A stretch of DNA of 64,000 nucleotides from an uncultured Actinomycetes bacterium (GCA_963709345.1 CAVPVX010000003.1:60961-124960), one strand, 5' to 3'. Shown: positions 1 to 11,220, counted from the stretch's first letter. Made by a program: numbers and translations. The notes: generated by a model from the sequence alone, not told the origin.

Positions 1-684
1 GACGAGCTCGGCAAGCCCCCCGGTGGCGATGACGCGGGCGCGTACGCCGAGCTCGTCCCAGATCGCGTGCACGATTCCCTCGAGCTCGCCGGCGAATCCG
101 TACACGGCGCCCGACTGCAGCGCCTCGGTCGTCGACTTGCCGATGGCGTGCTCCGGCTCGACGAGGTCGATCTTGATGAGCTTCGCGGCACGCGTCGTCA
201 GCGCCTCCAGCGAGACCTCGATTCCGGGGGCGATGGCGCCGCCGAGGTACTCACCCTCTGCCGAGATCACGTCGAAGGTCGTGGCCGTGCCGTAGTCGGC
301 GACGATGCACGGCCCGCCGTACGTAGCGAATGCGGCGACCGCGTTGGCGACGCGGTCGGCGCCGACCTCGGCGGGGTTCTTCATGGCGATGCGCATGCCC
401 GTGCGCGCGCCGGGACCCACGACGAAGGCGTCCAGCCCAAGGTGCTTGGCGCACATCTCGACCCACTGCCGGGTCAGGCGCGGCACCACGGACGCAACGC
501 CGACCTCGTCGACCGACTCCCGCAGCCGCAGACCCTGGAGCGAGAAGAAGCCCTGCAGCAGACCTGCGATCTCGTCGCTGGTGCGGTGCCGTACGGTGGC
601 GAGACGCCACTCGTCGACCACGGCGCCGGCGTCGATGAGCCCGAGGTGCGTCTGCGTGTTCCCGACGTCGACGACGAGCAGCAC
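1..684 (-). CDS. coaX: Type III pantothenate kinase (runs off window edge)
   Basis: Not in ORF track. Manual minus-strand translation from GTG at 684 gives MLLVVDVGNTQT...; GADRVANA and VADYGTATTFD motifs follow; lies downstream of nadC. Confidence 0.92.
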   Translation of the reverse strand, partial: MLLVVDVGNTQTHLGLIDAGAVVDEWRLATVRHRTSDEIAGLLQGFFSLQGLRLRESVDEVGVASVVPRLTRQWVEMCAKHLGLDAFVVGPGARTGMRIAMKNPAEVGADRVANAVAAFATYGGPCIVADYGTATTFDVISAEGEYLGGAIAPGIEVSLEALTTRAAKLIKIDLVEPEHAIGKSTTEALQSGAVYGFAGELEGIVHAIWDELGVRARVIATGGLAELV

Positions 685-686
685 CG

Positions 687-1526
687 TCAGACCTCCAGAT
701 CCAGCGCCAGGTCGACCCAGACCGACCGCGTCGTGAGAGCGCCGGCCGAGATCACGTCAACCCCGGCCTCGGCGAGCTCCCGCACGCGCTCGAGCCGGAC
801 CCCGCCGGAGACCTCGACAAGCGCCCGGCCGGCGACACGGCGCACAGCCTCGCGCACGGACTCCGTGTCCATGTTGTCGAGCAGGACGATGGTGGCGCCG
901 CAGGCGAGCGCCTCATCCAACTGCTCGAGTGTGTCGACCTCGACCTCGAGCGCGTGCAGGTGCGCCGCTCCGGCGCGCACCAGCGAAACGGCGGCGGCGA
1001 CGCCGCCGGCCGCCGCCACGTGGTTGTCCTTGATCATCGCGCCGTCGAACAGGCCGAAGCGGTGCGGCGTGCCGCCGCCGTGCACGACGGCCTGCTTCTC
1101 GAGAGCGCGGAGCCCCGGCGTCGTCTTTCGCGTCGCGGCGATGCGGGCGCTCGTCCCCGCCGTCTCCGCGACGTACTGGGCGGTCAGCGTGGCCACACCG
1201 CTCAGCCGACAGAGGAAGTTGAGAGCCGTCCGCTCGGCGGCGAGGATGGCAGCCAAAGGGCCATCCAGCGCGGCGACGGCATCTCCCGCGGCGAAAGGTT
1301 CACCGTCGCGGACGAGCACGCCCACGGTGAGCCCCGGGTCGACGAGAGCTGCGGTCGCCTCGAGCGCGGCCACCCCGGAGAGCACGCCTTCCTCGCGCGC
1401 AACGACCTGTGCGGCGGCGCTGCCGGAGAAGACCGAGCCGGTGAGGTCGCCGTAGCCGGCAAGGTCTTCGGCCAGGGCTCGCCGCGCCGCCTCACGAGCC
1501 GCTTCACTGTAGCTGCGTTCGCTCAT
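687..1526 (-). CDS. nadC: Nicotinate-nucleotide diphosphorylase (carboxylating)
   Basis: ERTALNFL, TRKTTPGLR, HRFGL, IKDNH, EVEV, LLDNM motifs. Confidence 0.97.
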   Translation of the reverse strand: MSERSYSEAAREAARRALAEDLAGYGDLTGSVFSGSAAAQVVAREEGVLSGVAALEATAALVDPGLTVGVLVRDGEPFAAGDAVAALDGPLAAILAAERTALNFLCRLSGVATLTAQYVAETAGTSARIAATRKTTPGLRALEKQAVVHGGGTPHRFGLFDGAMIKDNHVAAAGGVAAAVSLVRAGAAHLHALEVEVDTLEQLDEALACGATIVLLDNMDTESVREAVRRVAGRALVEVSGGVRLERVRELAEAGVDVISAGALTTRSVWVDLALDLEV

Positions 1527-1544
1527 CGTCCGTCGCGGTGCGGC

Positions 1545-3167
1545 TCAGCCGGCCGCATCTCGCTCCGCCGGCGGGAGGCGAAGGGTGATGTGCCGGCGCC
1601 AGTGTTCGTCGTCCGCGTTCGGGTAGTCGTCGCGGAGTTGCACGCCGCGCGACTCCTCGCGCAGCAGAGCGCACTTGGCGATCTGCGTGCCCAGCGTGAG
1701 CATGTTGAGGACCTCGTACTCGGCCTCCCCCATCGGTCCGAACCGAAGCCCCGAGGTGAGGTCGTTCAGTTCGCCGAGCGCCGCGGTCAGGTCGTCGGCG
1801 CGGCGCAGCACGCCCACCTTGTGGCGCATGACGTCGGTCAGGCGGCGGCGCGCGGCCGCCGCGTCTCTGTCGTCACCTGCCGACGCCGCCTCCGGCAGGT
1901 CGAAGCGGAGGCGACGGACATCCTCGCCGAGCCTCCCGATGTAGCGGTCGAGATCGCGCACCACGCGGTCGGAGAAGACGAGCCCCTCGAGCAGTGAATT
2001 GCTGGCGAGCCGGTTGGCGCCGTGGACGCCGGTGCTCGCCACTTCACCGCTCGCGTAGAGGCCGGGGACCGTGGTGCGTCCCCACTGATCCGTGACGACA
2101 CCACCGATGAAGTAGTGGCAGACTGGAGCCACCGGCACGAGCTGCGTCGCGAGATCGAGGCCGTGATCGGCAAGACCGGCGCTCACGACGGGGAACCGCT
2201 CCCGCAGCCAGGCGGCATCGAGGTGCGTCGCGTCGAGGTAGACGTGCTCTGAACGCTCGACCCGCATCTCGGCGACCATGGCGCGGACGACGACGTCCCT
2301 CGACGCCAGCTCCGCGCGCGGGTCGTACGCAGCCATGAAGCGCTCGCCGGCGGCATTGCGCAGGTAGGCTCCTTCGCCGCGCAACGCCTCGGTGATGAGC
2401 TGCACGGTCTCCTGCCCGGGGATCGCAAGGCCGGTCGGATGGAACTGCACGAACTCGAGATCGCGGATGGCGGCGCCGGCGCGATACGCCATGGCGATGC
2501 CGTCGCCGGTCGCGACCCGGGGATTGGTGGTCCGCCCGTACACCTGCCCGGCGCCGCCGGTCGCGAGAATGGTGACCATGGCGACGTTGAGGGTGAGGCC
2601 GCCGTCCGCCAGATTGAGCGTGAGCGCACCCACGCAGCGGCCGCCGACGGTGAGCAGGTCGATGACGAACTCATCCTCGTAGAGCTGCACGCGGCTGCCG
2701 ACGCGGGCCGCTTCGGCCAGGGCGCTCGAGACTTCGCTGCCGGTCGCGTCGCCGCCGGCATGCACGACTCGCGGCACCGAGTGAGCTCCCTCACGGCCGA
2801 GGACGATCTGCCCGTCGACCTTGTCGAAGCGCGGGCAGATCTCCATGAGCTCCCGCACCCGGTCGGGTCCCTCGTTCACGAGTACGCGGACGGTCTCTTC
2901 GTCACACAGGCCGGCCCCGGCCTTGACGGTGTCCTCGAAGTGGAGCTCGGGAGAGTCGCTCGGCCCGAGGGCCGCGGCGATGCCTCCCTGCGCAAGGAAG
3001 GTGGTCGTGTCGTCGAACGTCGACTTGGTGAGCAGGCCGACCCGCCAGCGGCGCGCGGCGCCGATGGCGGCCGTGAGGCCGGCGATGCCACCACCCAGCA
3101 CGAGCACGTCGAACGTGCGCCGGTGCAGCGCCTCTTCGGAGCGTGAGGCGACGTACGGACGCGTCAT
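1545..3167 (-). CDS. nadB: L-aspartate oxidase
   Basis: GGGIAG FAD motif, AQGGIAA, EGAHS, EFVQFHPT, HGANRLASNSLLE; adjacent to nadC. Confidence 0.95.
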   Translation of the reverse strand: MTRPYVASRSEEALHRRTFDVLVLGGGIAGLTAAIGAARRWRVGLLTKSTFDDTTTFLAQGGIAAALGPSDSPELHFEDTVKAGAGLCDEETVRVLVNEGPDRVRELMEICPRFDKVDGQIVLGREGAHSVPRVVHAGGDATGSEVSSALAEAARVGSRVQLYEDEFVIDLLTVGGRCVGALTLNLADGGLTLNVAMVTILATGGAGQVYGRTTNPRVATGDGIAMAYRAGAAIRDLEFVQFHPTGLAIPGQETVQLITEALRGEGAYLRNAAGERFMAAYDPRAELASRDVVVRAMVAEMRVERSEHVYLDATHLDAAWLRERFPVVSAGLADHGLDLATQLVPVAPVCHYFIGGVVTDQWGRTTVPGLYASGEVASTGVHGANRLASNSLLEGLVFSDRVVRDLDRYIGRLGEDVRRLRFDLPEAASAGDDRDAAAARRRLTDVMRHKVGVLRRADDLTAALGELNDLTSGLRFGPMGEAEYEVLNMLTLGTQIAKCALLREESRGVQLRDDYPNADDEHWRRHITLRLPPAERDAAG

Positions 3168-3207
3168 GAGGCTCCCGTCGGCGCGAGTTCGTCGCTGGTC
3201 AACCGGC

Positions 3208-3717
3208 TCACCCTTCCATGACGTCGAAAAGCATCACCTGCTGGCTGCGAGTGGTGGTTCGGGCCAGCCCCGCCACGTCGAGCTCGGGCATGCCCTTCGC
3301 GTGTCCCCACACCTCGAGCAACGGCACAAGCACGAATGCGCGCTTGACCATGCGCGGGTGCGGGAGCGTGAGCTCAGGATCCTCGGACTCGACGTCCTGG
3401 AAGAGCAGTATATCGATATCGAGCGTGCGCGGCCCAAAGCGGATCTCGTGCGTCCTGCCGTGTTCGTGCTCTATGCGCTGGCACTCGACGAGAAGGTCGT
3501 GCGGCTCGAGGCCGGTGTCAAGGCACACCACCTGGTTGAGGAAGGCGTCCTGATCGAGGTGCCCTTGCGGCGCCGTCTTGTAGACCCGGGACACGGCGAC
3601 GATCCGGGTCGCGGGGAGCGCCGCAAGCGCTTCGCCGGCGGCGGCCAGGTACGCGCTGCAGTCGCCGACGTTCGAGCCGAGCGAGAGGAACACGCGTCTT
3701 CCGCTCGCTCCGCTCAC
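3208..3717 (-). CDS. folK: 2-amino-4-hydroxy-6-hydroxymethyldihydropteridine diphosphokinase
   Basis: LSLGSNVG, FLNQV, GPRTLDIDILL, LPHPR. Confidence 0.96.
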   Translation of the reverse strand: MSGASGRRVFLSLGSNVGDCSAYLAAAGEALAALPATRIVAVSRVYKTAPQGHLDQDAFLNQVVCLDTGLEPHDLLVECQRIEHEHGRTHEIRFGPRTLDIDILLFQDVESEDPELTLPHPRMVKRAFVLVPLLEVWGHAKGMPELDVAGLARTTTRSQQVMLFDVMEG

Positions 3718-4079
3718 GAGGTGCGCACCACTTCCACGCGGGCGGCCGCGACGGGGATCGCCACCGGCGGAGACGGCTTCGTCACCGCGACCTCCAGGAG
3801 CTCCGGCTCGAACTCGTCCCAGATCGCGTCGGTGATGACGGTGGCGAGCCGCTCCAGCAGGCGGAACTCGCCCCCTTCGACGAGAGTGCGCACGATGGTG
3901 ACGATACGCCCGTAGTCGACGGTGTCGGCGAGATCGTCGCTGAGGGCCGCGCCTCTCGCGGCCGGCTCGAGACGCACGTCGACGACGAGCGTCTGGCCCA
4001 CGGCGCGTTCCTCCGGCGTGACGCCGCAGCGCCCGCGCAACTCGATCCCCTCGACGGTGATGGACAGGCTCCGGGTCAT
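3714..4079 (-). CDS. folB: Dihydroneopterin aldolase
   Basis: GVTPEER..GQ, DDLADTVDY, LLERLA; in fol operon. Confidence 0.94.
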   Translation of the reverse strand: MTRSLSITVEGIELRGRCGVTPEERAVGQTLVVDVRLEPAARGAALSDDLADTVDYGRIVTIVRTLVEGGEFRLLERLATVITDAIWDEFEPELLEVAVTKPSPPVAIPVAAARVEVVRTS

Positions 4080-4124
4080 GGTGTGGCCTCCCTGAAAGGC
4101 GCCGGCCCTACCGCCGGCGAACGC

Positions 4125-4967
4125 TCACGAGGTCGCGACGCCCTCGCGGACCGCCAGCGCGACGCGCATGGCCTCGAAGTTGGGTTTGACGTCGTGAACG
4201 CGGAAGATGTGGGCGCCTGACAGGAGGCCGATCACGGTGGTCGCCACGGTGCCGGTGACGCGCTCGCCCGGCTCGGCTCCGAGGATCGCCCCGAGGAACC
4301 GCTTGCGCGAGGCCCCGAGCACCACGGGGCGACCGAGCGCCGCGAAGCGGCCGAGCCCGGCCAGCAGCGCCAGATTGTGGGCCACCGTCTTGCCGAATCC
4401 GATGCCCGGGTCCAGCAGCAGTTGGTCCTCGCGCACGCCGCGGGCCAGAGCGAACGCCATGCGCCCCTCGAGGAAGCCCATCACTTCGTCGACGACGTCG
4501 TCGTAGCACGGATCGTCCTGCATCGTCTTGGGCTGTCCCTTCATGTGCATGAGGCAGACGGGACACCCCACCTCGGCAACGACCTCGACCATGCCCTCGT
4601 CGTAGCGCAGCGCGCTGACGTCGTTGATGATCGTGGCGCCGGCTTCCAGCGCCTGCCGGGCGACCCCGGCCTTCATCGTGTCGACGGAGATCGGCACGCC
4701 GACACTGCCGGCGAGCGCCTCGATCACCGGGAGGATGCGGGCGAGCTCCCGGTGGGCCGGCACCGGGTCGGAGCCCGGCCGCGTCGACTCGCCGCCGATG
4801 TCGACGATGGCCGCGCCCTCGCGCACGAGCGTGAGAGCCTGGCTCAATGCGTCGTCGGCGGCCAGGAAGCGGCCGCCGTCGGAGAACGAGTCGGGCGTGA
4901 CGTTCACCACGCCCATGATGCACGGGAGCGAGAGATCCAGCGAGAACGTGGGCGCAGCCGACGTCAC
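4125..4967 (-). CDS. folP: Dihydropteroate synthase
   Basis: MGVVNVTPDSFSDGG, DIGGESTRPG, DPGIGFGK, SRKRF, RVHDV. Confidence 0.97.
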   Translation of the reverse strand: MTSAAPTFSLDLSLPCIMGVVNVTPDSFSDGGRFLAADDALSQALTLVREGAAIVDIGGESTRPGSDPVPAHRELARILPVIEALAGSVGVPISVDTMKAGVARQALEAGATIINDVSALRYDEGMVEVVAEVGCPVCLMHMKGQPKTMQDDPCYDDVVDEVMGFLEGRMAFALARGVREDQLLLDPGIGFGKTVAHNLALLAGLGRFAALGRPVVLGASRKRFLGAILGAEPGERVTGTVATTVIGLLSGAHIFRVHDVKPNFEAMRVALAVREGVATS

Positions 4968-4976
4968 GGCGCTGGT

Positions 4977-5546
4977 TCAGTGTGGCGCGTTGATGAGGGC
5001 GAACACCTCGGCGCGCGTCGCCTCGTTGCTCTGGATCAGGCCGCGCACCGCGCTGGTCACCGTCTTGGCGCCCGGCGTACGCACCCCGCGCATGCTCATG
5101 CACATATGCTCGGCCTCGATGAGCACCAGCGAGCCGAGAGGCTCCAGGGCCTTCTGGATCGCGTCCGCCACCTCGCTCGTGATGCGCTCCTGCAACTGCG
5201 GCCTGGCCGCCACCTGGCGCACGACGCGAGCGAGCTTGCTGAGGCCGGCGATGTGCCCGTGCTCGCTCGGGATGTAGGCGACGTGTGCGCGCCCGTGGAA
5301 CGGCAGGAGGTGATGCTCGCAGATGGAGTAGAAGTCGATGTCCTTGATGAGCACCATCTCACGATGATGGTCGCCCGGTATCGTGGTCAGAAGCTCCGCC
5401 GGATCGGGGGCTCCGATGCCGAAGAAGATGTCCTCGTACATGTCGGCCACCCGGCGCGGCGTCTCCCGGATGCCGGCTCGCTCCGCGTCCTCGCCGATTC
5501 CCTCGAGGATCAGCCGCACCCCTGTGGTGATCTTGTCGCGATCCAT
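4977..5546 (-). CDS. folE: GTP cyclohydrolase I
   Basis: ETPRRVA, CEHHLLPF, GLSKLAR, QERIT, HMCMSMRG. Confidence 0.97.
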   Translation of the reverse strand: MDRDKITTGVRLILEGIGEDAERAGIRETPRRVADMYEDIFFGIGAPDPAELLTTIPGDHHREMVLIKDIDFYSICEHHLLPFHGRAHVAYIPSEHGHIAGLSKLARVVRQVAARPQLQERITSEVADAIQKALEPLGSLVLIEAEHMCMSMRGVRTPGAKTVTSAVRGLIQSNEATRAEVFALINAPH

Positions 5547-5564
5547 GCCGTCGCCCTCCCGCAC

Positions 5565-7757
5565 TCAGGTCGTTTCGGGGTTGACGGGGTTCACGTGCGC
5601 CGGCTTGGGCACCGGCGGCTGCTTGGCGCGCTCCCGCTTCTCCGTCTCGGGCGGCTTCGCTCGACGGCGCGCCTCCTTCTCGTCGCGCTCGCGGAACACC
5701 TCGTCCTCGTGCACGCCGTCGACCAGCGCCTGGAACTCCGACGCCTCGATCGTCTCCCTCACGATCAGGATGCCGCTGATGCGGTCGAGCATGTCGCGCT
5801 TCTCGACCAGCAGGTCCTTGGCGCGCTGGTGGGCCTCTTCGATGATGCGCCGGATCTCGTCGTCGATCTGCTTGGCGATCTCCTCCGAGTAGTCGGCCTG
5901 CTGCTGGAACTCGCGGCCGAGGAACGGCATCGACTGGTCGTGCCCGAGCGTGCGAGGTCCCAGCTCCTCGCTCATGCCGTAGCGCATGATCATCTGCTTG
6001 GCGGTGGCCGTCGCCTTCTCGAGATCGTTGGCGGCGCCGGTCGTGATCTCGCTGAAGACGACCTCTTCCGCGGCGCGACCGCCGAGCGTCATGGACAGCG
6101 TGTCCATGAGCTCCTGCTTCGTGGTCAGGAACTTGTCCTCGATGGGCAGGGAGATGGTGAAGCCGAGAGCCTGCCCGCGGCTCACGACGGAGATCTTGTG
6201 CACCGGGTCGGTATACTCGAGGAAGTGGCCGACCAGGGCGTGACCCATCTCGTGGTAGGCGGTGATCGCCTTCTCCTTCTCGCTGATGATGCGGGTCTTC
6301 TTCTCGGGGCCGGCAAGCACGCGCATGATGCCCTCTTCGAGCTCGGCCATGCCGATGAGCTTGCTGCCGTGACGCGCGGCGAGGAGGGCCGCCTCGTTGA
6401 CGAGGTTGGCCAGATCGGCGCCGGTGAAGCCCGGCGTCTGCGCCGCGAGGGCGTCGAGGTCGATGTCTTTGTCGAGCGGCTTGCCCTTGGAGTGGACCTC
6501 GAGGATCATCTTGCGCCCCGGCCGGTCTGGCCTGTCGACGACGATCTGGCGGTCGAAGCGGCCCGGACGCAGCAGAGCCGGGTCGAGGATGTCGGGTCGG
6601 TTGGTGGCGGCGATGAGGATGATGTTGTCCTTCATCTCGAAGCCGTCCATCTCGACGAGCAGCTGGTTGAGCGTCTGCTCGCGTTCGTCGTGGCCGCCGC
6701 CCATGCCGGCGCCCCGGTGGCGGCCGACGGCGTCGATCTCGTCAACGAAGATGATGCACGGTGAGTTCTGCTTCGCCTGCTCGAACAGGTCGCGCACGCG
6801 CGAGGCCCCGACGCCGACGAACATCTCGACGAAGTCCGAGCCGCTGATGCTGAAGAACGGGACGCCCGCCTCGCCGGCGACGGCACGCGCGAGCAGCGTC
6901 TTGCCGGTGCCGGGCGGGCCGTACAGCAGCACGCCCTTGGGGATGCGGGCGCCGAGCTGCTGGAACTTCTTCGGGTTCTCGAGGAACTCCTTGATCTCGT
7001 GCAGTTCCTCGACCGCCTCCTCGGCGCCGGCCACGTCCTTGAAGGTGACCTTCGGGGAGTCGGCGCTCACGCGCTTGGCCTTGCTCTTGCCGAAACTCAT
7101 GACCTTGGAACCGCCACCCTGCATCCGGTTCATGATGAAGAACCAGAAGCCGACGATCAGCAGGATCGGCAGGATGAACGTGATGGCGCTCGTCCACCAG
7201 GGAGACTTGGGGTTCTTGGCCTCGACGGCCACGTTGTAGGCCGTGAGCAACTGGCTGGTCGACGCGGGGTCGGTGTACGTGACCTCGTACACCGTGGGCT
7301 TCTCCTTCTCGGTGCCGTCGTTCAGGGTGACCTGCAGGAGCTGGTCCTTGACGTTCATGACCACCGAATCGACACGCCCGTTGATGAGGTCGTTGGTGAA
7401 GCTCTTCGTGTCCTTGGACGGCTTTTCGACGGTACCTTCGGCGACGAGGACGTCGGGGTGCTCGGCCGCCACCGTCTCGGCAAGAGCGGCCGCGCCGTCT
7501 ATCTCGGTCACGTACTGCAACCCGTCGACGTCTGTGACGTCCGCAAGCCCGCTCTGCGGGTCGATGATGATCCTCCGGACCATGCCCGTCTTGAACTGGT
7601 CGTCGAGAACGGCCTGCGTCGCCATGCCCGGCGCGGAGTAGACAGGCTTCGCGATCTCGTTGTCCTTGTCGTTGCCGGAGATGACCCATTCGATGAACAG
7701 CGCCACGACGATGACGATGAGGATGGGGAACAGCGCGCTGCGGATGAATCTACTCAC
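5565..7757 (-). CDS. ftsH: ATP-dependent zinc metalloprotease FtsH
   Basis: Two TM segments, GPPGTGKT Walker [24 protein letters not shown] zinc motif. Confidence 0.98.
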   Translation of the reverse strand: MSRFIRSALFPILIVIVVALFIEWVISGNDKDNEIAKPVYSAPGMATQAVLDDQFKTGMVRRIIIDPQSGLADVTDVDGLQYVTEIDGAAALAETVAAEHPDVLVAEGTVEKPSKDTKSFTNDLINGRVDSVVMNVKDQLLQVTLNDGTEKEKPTVYEVTYTDPASTSQLLTAYNVAVEAKNPKSPWWTSAITFILPILLIVGFWFFIMNRMQGGGSKVMSFGKSKAKRVSADSPKVTFKDVAGAEEAVEELHEIKEFLENPKKFQQLGARIPKGVLLYGPPGTGKTLLARAVAGEAGVPFFSISGSDFVEMFVGVGASRVRDLFEQAKQNSPCIIFVDEIDAVGRHRGAGMGGGHDEREQTLNQLLVEMDGFEMKDNIILIAATNRPDILDPALLRPGRFDRQIVVDRPDRPGRKMILEVHSKGKPLDKDIDLDALAAQTPGFTGADLANLVNEAALLAARHGSKLIGMAELEEGIMRVLAGPEKKTRIISEKEKAITAYHEMGHALVGHFLEYTDPVHKISVVSRGQALGFTISLPIEDKFLTTKQELMDTLSMTLGGRAAEEVVFSEITTGAANDLEKATATAKQMIMRYGMSEELGPRTLGHDQSMPFLGREFQQQADYSEEIAKQIDDEIRRIIEEAHQRAKDLLVEKRDMLDRISGILIVRETIEASEFQALVDGVHEDEVFRERDEKEARRRAKPPETEKRERAKQPPVPKPAHVNPVNPETT

Positions 7758-7853
7758 AGTGACCCTTCATGAAGGAGGTAGGCCCGAAGACCGGCATAAT
7801 GGCTCTTTCTGCCTGCAAATCACAGGTTCGACGAGGGTAGCATACCCTTCCGG

Positions 7854-8420
7854 CTACAGCAAAGAACCCGAAGTGTCGACGATGTCGGCGGCCGCCTCGG
7901 GTGTGAGCACGCCGATGAAGTCGAGGGTGCGGAAGTGGTCGGCAAGGTCGAGGCCATACCCGACGACGAACTTGTCGGGGATCTCGAAGCCGACATACCG
8001 GCAGGGGGTCTCCACACGACGGCGCGACGGCTTGGTGAGCAGCGCGCAGATCTCGAGCGAGGCCGGCTTGCGGCTGCGCAGGTTCTTGAGCAGGTAGCTC
8101 AGCGTGAGGCCCGAGTCGATGATGTCCTCGATGATGAGGACGTCGCGGCCGGCTATCTCCAGGTCGAGGTCCTTGAGGATGCGCACGACGCCGGACGAAT
8201 CCGTCGACGACCCGTAGCTCGAGACGGCCATGAAGTCGAGGGCGACCGGCAGGTCGATGCGGCGCGCAAGGTCGGCCATGAAGAAGACGGCGCCTTTGAG
8301 CACGCCGACGAGGAGCAGTTCTCTGCCGGCGTAGTCGCGCGTGATCTGGACGGCAAGCTCGTCGACGCGAGCCGCGAGGGCGTCACGGTCGACGAGCACT
8401 TCGGCGATGGGAGCGTTCAC
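7854..8420 (-). CDS. hpt: Hypoxanthine phosphoribosyltransferase
   Basis: GVLKGA, VLIIEDIIDSGLTL, FVVGYGLD; tilS-hpt-ftsH synteny. Confidence 0.96.
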   Translation of the reverse strand: MNAPIAEVLVDRDALAARVDELAVQITRDYAGRELLLVGVLKGAVFFMADLARRIDLPVALDFMAVSSYGSSTDSSGVVRILKDLDLEIAGRDVLIIEDIIDSGLTLSYLLKNLRSRKPASLEICALLTKPSRRRVETPCRYVGFEIPDKFVVGYGLDLADHFRTLDFIGVLTPEAAADIVDTSGSLL

Positions 8421-9967
8421 GTACCCTCCTGGGAGACGTGCAGGATCCTGCTATTACTCTGGGCCACCCGGAAGCTCTGCGCAACCCTGGCCGGCGCGGA
8501 TCCGGCGCCGGTGGCGTGCCCGACCCACGCCACGCGCCCGTCGACGGCGACGACGGTCGCGAACGGCCGCGCGGGCGCGGGAACGCGCGCGGCGGCGAGA
8601 TAGCGGGCCACGGTCGTCTCGCCGTCCAGCCCGAGCGGCGCGAAGCGATCACCCCGCGCCGGATGGCGCAGCATCACCTCGCCAGGCGGCGATTCGAGAC
8701 CGATGAAGGCCTGCCCGGACGCCGCCGCAGCACGATCGAAGGCGGCCACGGGCAGCAGGCGCGCGCGCAGGACGCGGCCGCAGAAGCCGAGGGCGACGCC
8801 CTCGTCGGCGGCAGCCGCCAGAGCCGCGCCGCTCACCGCGACCGGTGTGCAGCGGTGCGGCGGCCGGACCGTCCGGATCTCCAGCCGGCCGCCGCCGCGA
8901 ACCGCCTCGAGCCCTCGTCCGAGGTCGAGCCGGCCGGCGTCATCGGTGCGCGCCGCGAGGCGGAGCACCGCCTCGACGAGGCGTCGTTCGACGAGCGCCG
9001 AGCCGCCCATCGCCTCCCGCAGGATCTCGTGCGCCAGCAGCGCCCTCACGGCTGGAGGCTCGTCGGCGAGCGCGGCCACGGCGATGAGCGTGCCCACCGG
9101 CCCGGCCGGAGCAGCGGCCGCGTCGGCGCGCCCGGCCGAGGGTGCGATCACGGCACCGGGTGTGAGCACGACCCGGGCGCGCGCTGCGGCGGTGGCTGCG
9201 GCGAGCACGTCCGCCTCCGCCGCCGCCTGCAGCGACGATGCGCTCAGCGTCTCGGCGAGGCGCGGGTTGAGCTCCGCCAGCAGCGGCAGCACGTCGTGCC
9301 GCAACCGGTTCCTCGCGTAGACGGCCTCCGCGTTGGTCGCGTCGTCGCCGTAGTCGACGGCGCCGGCGCGGCAGTACTCCCGGATCTCGGCGGCGCCGAG
9401 GCAGAGCAGCGGGCGCGCCAGATCGCCGTCGCGCGGGCGCATGCCGATCAGCCCGCGCGGCGACGCGTACTTGACCAGCCGGTAGAGGATCGTCTCGGCC
9501 TGATCGTCCCGGTTGTGCGCCGTGACGATCGCGTCGAGGCCGTGCTCCGCAGCCAGTTCCCGCGCGCGGCCGTAGCGCGCGTCGCGCGCACGGGCCTGGA
9601 AGTCGCCGCCGGACGGCCGCCGCAGGCGCAGCACGTACAGCGGCATCCCGGCGGCCGCGCAGGCGCGCTCCACGATCGCCTGGTCGCGGTCGGAGTCGGC
9701 CCCGCGAGTCCCGTAGTGCACGTGCAGCGCGGTCGCCTCCAGCCCCAGACCCAGGCGCCGGTCGACCCGCGGCAGCATCGCGAGCAGCGCCATGGAGTCG
9801 GCGCCGCCAGAGAGCATGAGGAGCACGCGCTCATTCGCACGCAGCACTCGATGCTCAACGACATGGGCCGCGACACGGCGCTCGAGGCGCAGGTTGTCCG
9901 GGCCTAAGCGTCCCACGATGCCGTCAGACCGTGGCGGCCGGGCCACTGCATGCCGTCGCGGCGGCAA
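8417..9967 (-). CDS. tilS: tRNA(Ile)-lysidine synthetase (start uncertain)
   Basis: SGGADS PP-loop, AHNRDDQAET, RPLL, RNRLRH. Confidence 0.92.
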   Translation of the reverse strand: MPPRRHAVARPPRSDGIVGRLGPDNLRLERRVAAHVVEHRVLRANERVLLMLSGGADSMALLAMLPRVDRRLGLGLEATALHVHYGTRGADSDRDQAIVERACAAAGMPLYVLRLRRPSGGDFQARARDARYGRARELAAEHGLDAIVTAHNRDDQAETILYRLVKYASPRGLIGMRPRDGDLARPLLCLGAAEIREYCRAGAVDYGDDATNAEAVYARNRLRHDVLPLLAELNPRLAETLSASSLQAAAEADVLAAATAAARARVVLTPGAVIAPSAGRADAAAAPAGPVGTLIAVAALADEPPAVRALLAHEILREAMGGSALVERRLVEAVLRLAARTDDAGRLDLGRGLEAVRGGGRLEIRTVRPPHRCTPVAVSGAALAAAADEGVALGFCGRVLRARLLPVAAFDRAAAASGQAFIGLESPPGEVMLRHPARGDRFAPLGLDGETTVARYLAAARVPAPARPFATVVAVDGRVAWVGHATGAGSAPARVAQSFRVAQSNSRILHVSQEGT

Positions 9968-10145
9968 GACCGGAGGGGACGGTGTTCACGACGAGCAGCA
10001 CTGACACGCGACCTCCCGGGCGAACGCCGGCACGACTGGTCTCAGGGATCACTTCGAGCATAGCAGACGAGCCTCGCCGCGCGGATCGACGTGCCGGCAA
10101 GGCGGCGAGAGTCCGGGCGCGGGCGCCGCCGGCGCCGCCCGCAGG

Positions 10146-10886
10146 TCACTCGGTCGCTTCGCCCGGGCCCTCGACCTTGTCACGCTCGGCCGCGGGGACC
10201 TCGAGGAGATACCTGTAGACCAGGCCGCCGATCGCGCCGCCGACGATCGGGAAGACGATGAAGACCCAGAGCTGGCTGAGCGCCCAGCCACCGACGAACA
10301 GAGCCGGGGCGATGCTCCGCGCCGGATTCACGGAGGTGTTGGTCACCGGGATGCTGACCAAGTGGATCAGCGTGAGCGCGAGGCCGATGGCCAGAGGCGC
10401 GAGACCGGCCGGGGCGCGCCTGTCGGTGACGCCGTGGATCACGAGAAGGAAGAAGAACGTCATGACGAGTTCGATGACGATGGCCGCTGCCAGGCTGTAG
10501 CCGGCCGGCGAGTGCTCGCCGAATCCGTTGGCGGCGAAGCCGTCGGCAAGCGTGAAGCCCGCCTTCCCGGTGGCGATCACGTAGAGCACCGAGGACGCCG
10601 CGATACCGCCCACCACCTGCGCGACAAGGTACACGGGGATCTTGCCGGCTGGGAAGCGGCCGCCGATCCAGAGCCCGATGGTCACGGCCGGGTTGAGGTG
10701 CCCGCCGGAGATGTGGCCGACGGCATACGCCATCGTGACCACCGTGAGGCCGAACGCAAGCGAGACGCCGACGAGGCCGATGCCGCCGGCGCCAAGTGAA
10801 GCCGCCAGCACGGCCGCCCCGGTGCCGCCGAACACGAGCCAGAAGGTGCCGAAGAACTCGGCGACGGCTGCTTTACCTGTACTCAT
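10146..10886 (-). CDS. aqpZ: Aquaporin Z
   Basis: [24 protein letters not shown] and NTSVNPARS (two NPA motifs). Confidence 0.95.
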   Translation of the reverse strand: MSTGKAAVAEFFGTFWLVFGGTGAAVLAASLGAGGIGLVGVSLAFGLTVVTMAYAVGHISGGHLNPAVTIGLWIGGRFPAGKIPVYLVAQVVGGIAASSVLYVIATGKAGFTLADGFAANGFGEHSPAGYSLAAAIVIELVMTFFFLLVIHGVTDRRAPAGLAPLAIGLALTLIHLVSIPVTNTSVNPARSIAPALFVGGWALSQLWVFIVFPIVGGAIGGLVYRYLLEVPAAERDKVEGPGEATE

Positions 10887-10992
10887 TGGGGCCCCCTGCC
10901 TGCTGTGGTCTCGGTCGCGGCCGTGCGAAGAGACAGCGTGGCGATCCTCGCACGGCTTGCGCGAAGTCTCTCATACCGGAGGTGGCGAGGCC

Positions 10993-11020
10993 AGAAAGAA
11001 AAGGCGCCCGAACGGGCGCC
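10993..11020 (-). terminator. Intrinsic terminator after tRNA-fMet
   Basis: ggcgcccg-N2-cgggcgcc hairpin followed by TTTTCTTTCT on minus strand. Confidence 0.75.
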
Positions 11021-11030
11021 CAGGAAGGCT

Positions 11031-11107
<77 letters not shown>

Positions 11108-11122
11108 ACGTATGGACTGCAG

Positions 11123-11152
11123 ATTGTACACACTTCGCCCCGCGATTGTAAA
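11123..11152 (-). promoter_or_regulatory. Sigma-A-like promoter of tRNA-fMet
   Basis: TTTACA-N18-TACAAT upstream of the tRNA. Confidence 0.65.
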
Positions 11153-11220
11153 GCCCCGTGCGAGGACTGCGCCCTCGCACGACGTAAAGGGCAGGCGGGA
11201 TGTTCCGATACAGTTCAGTG

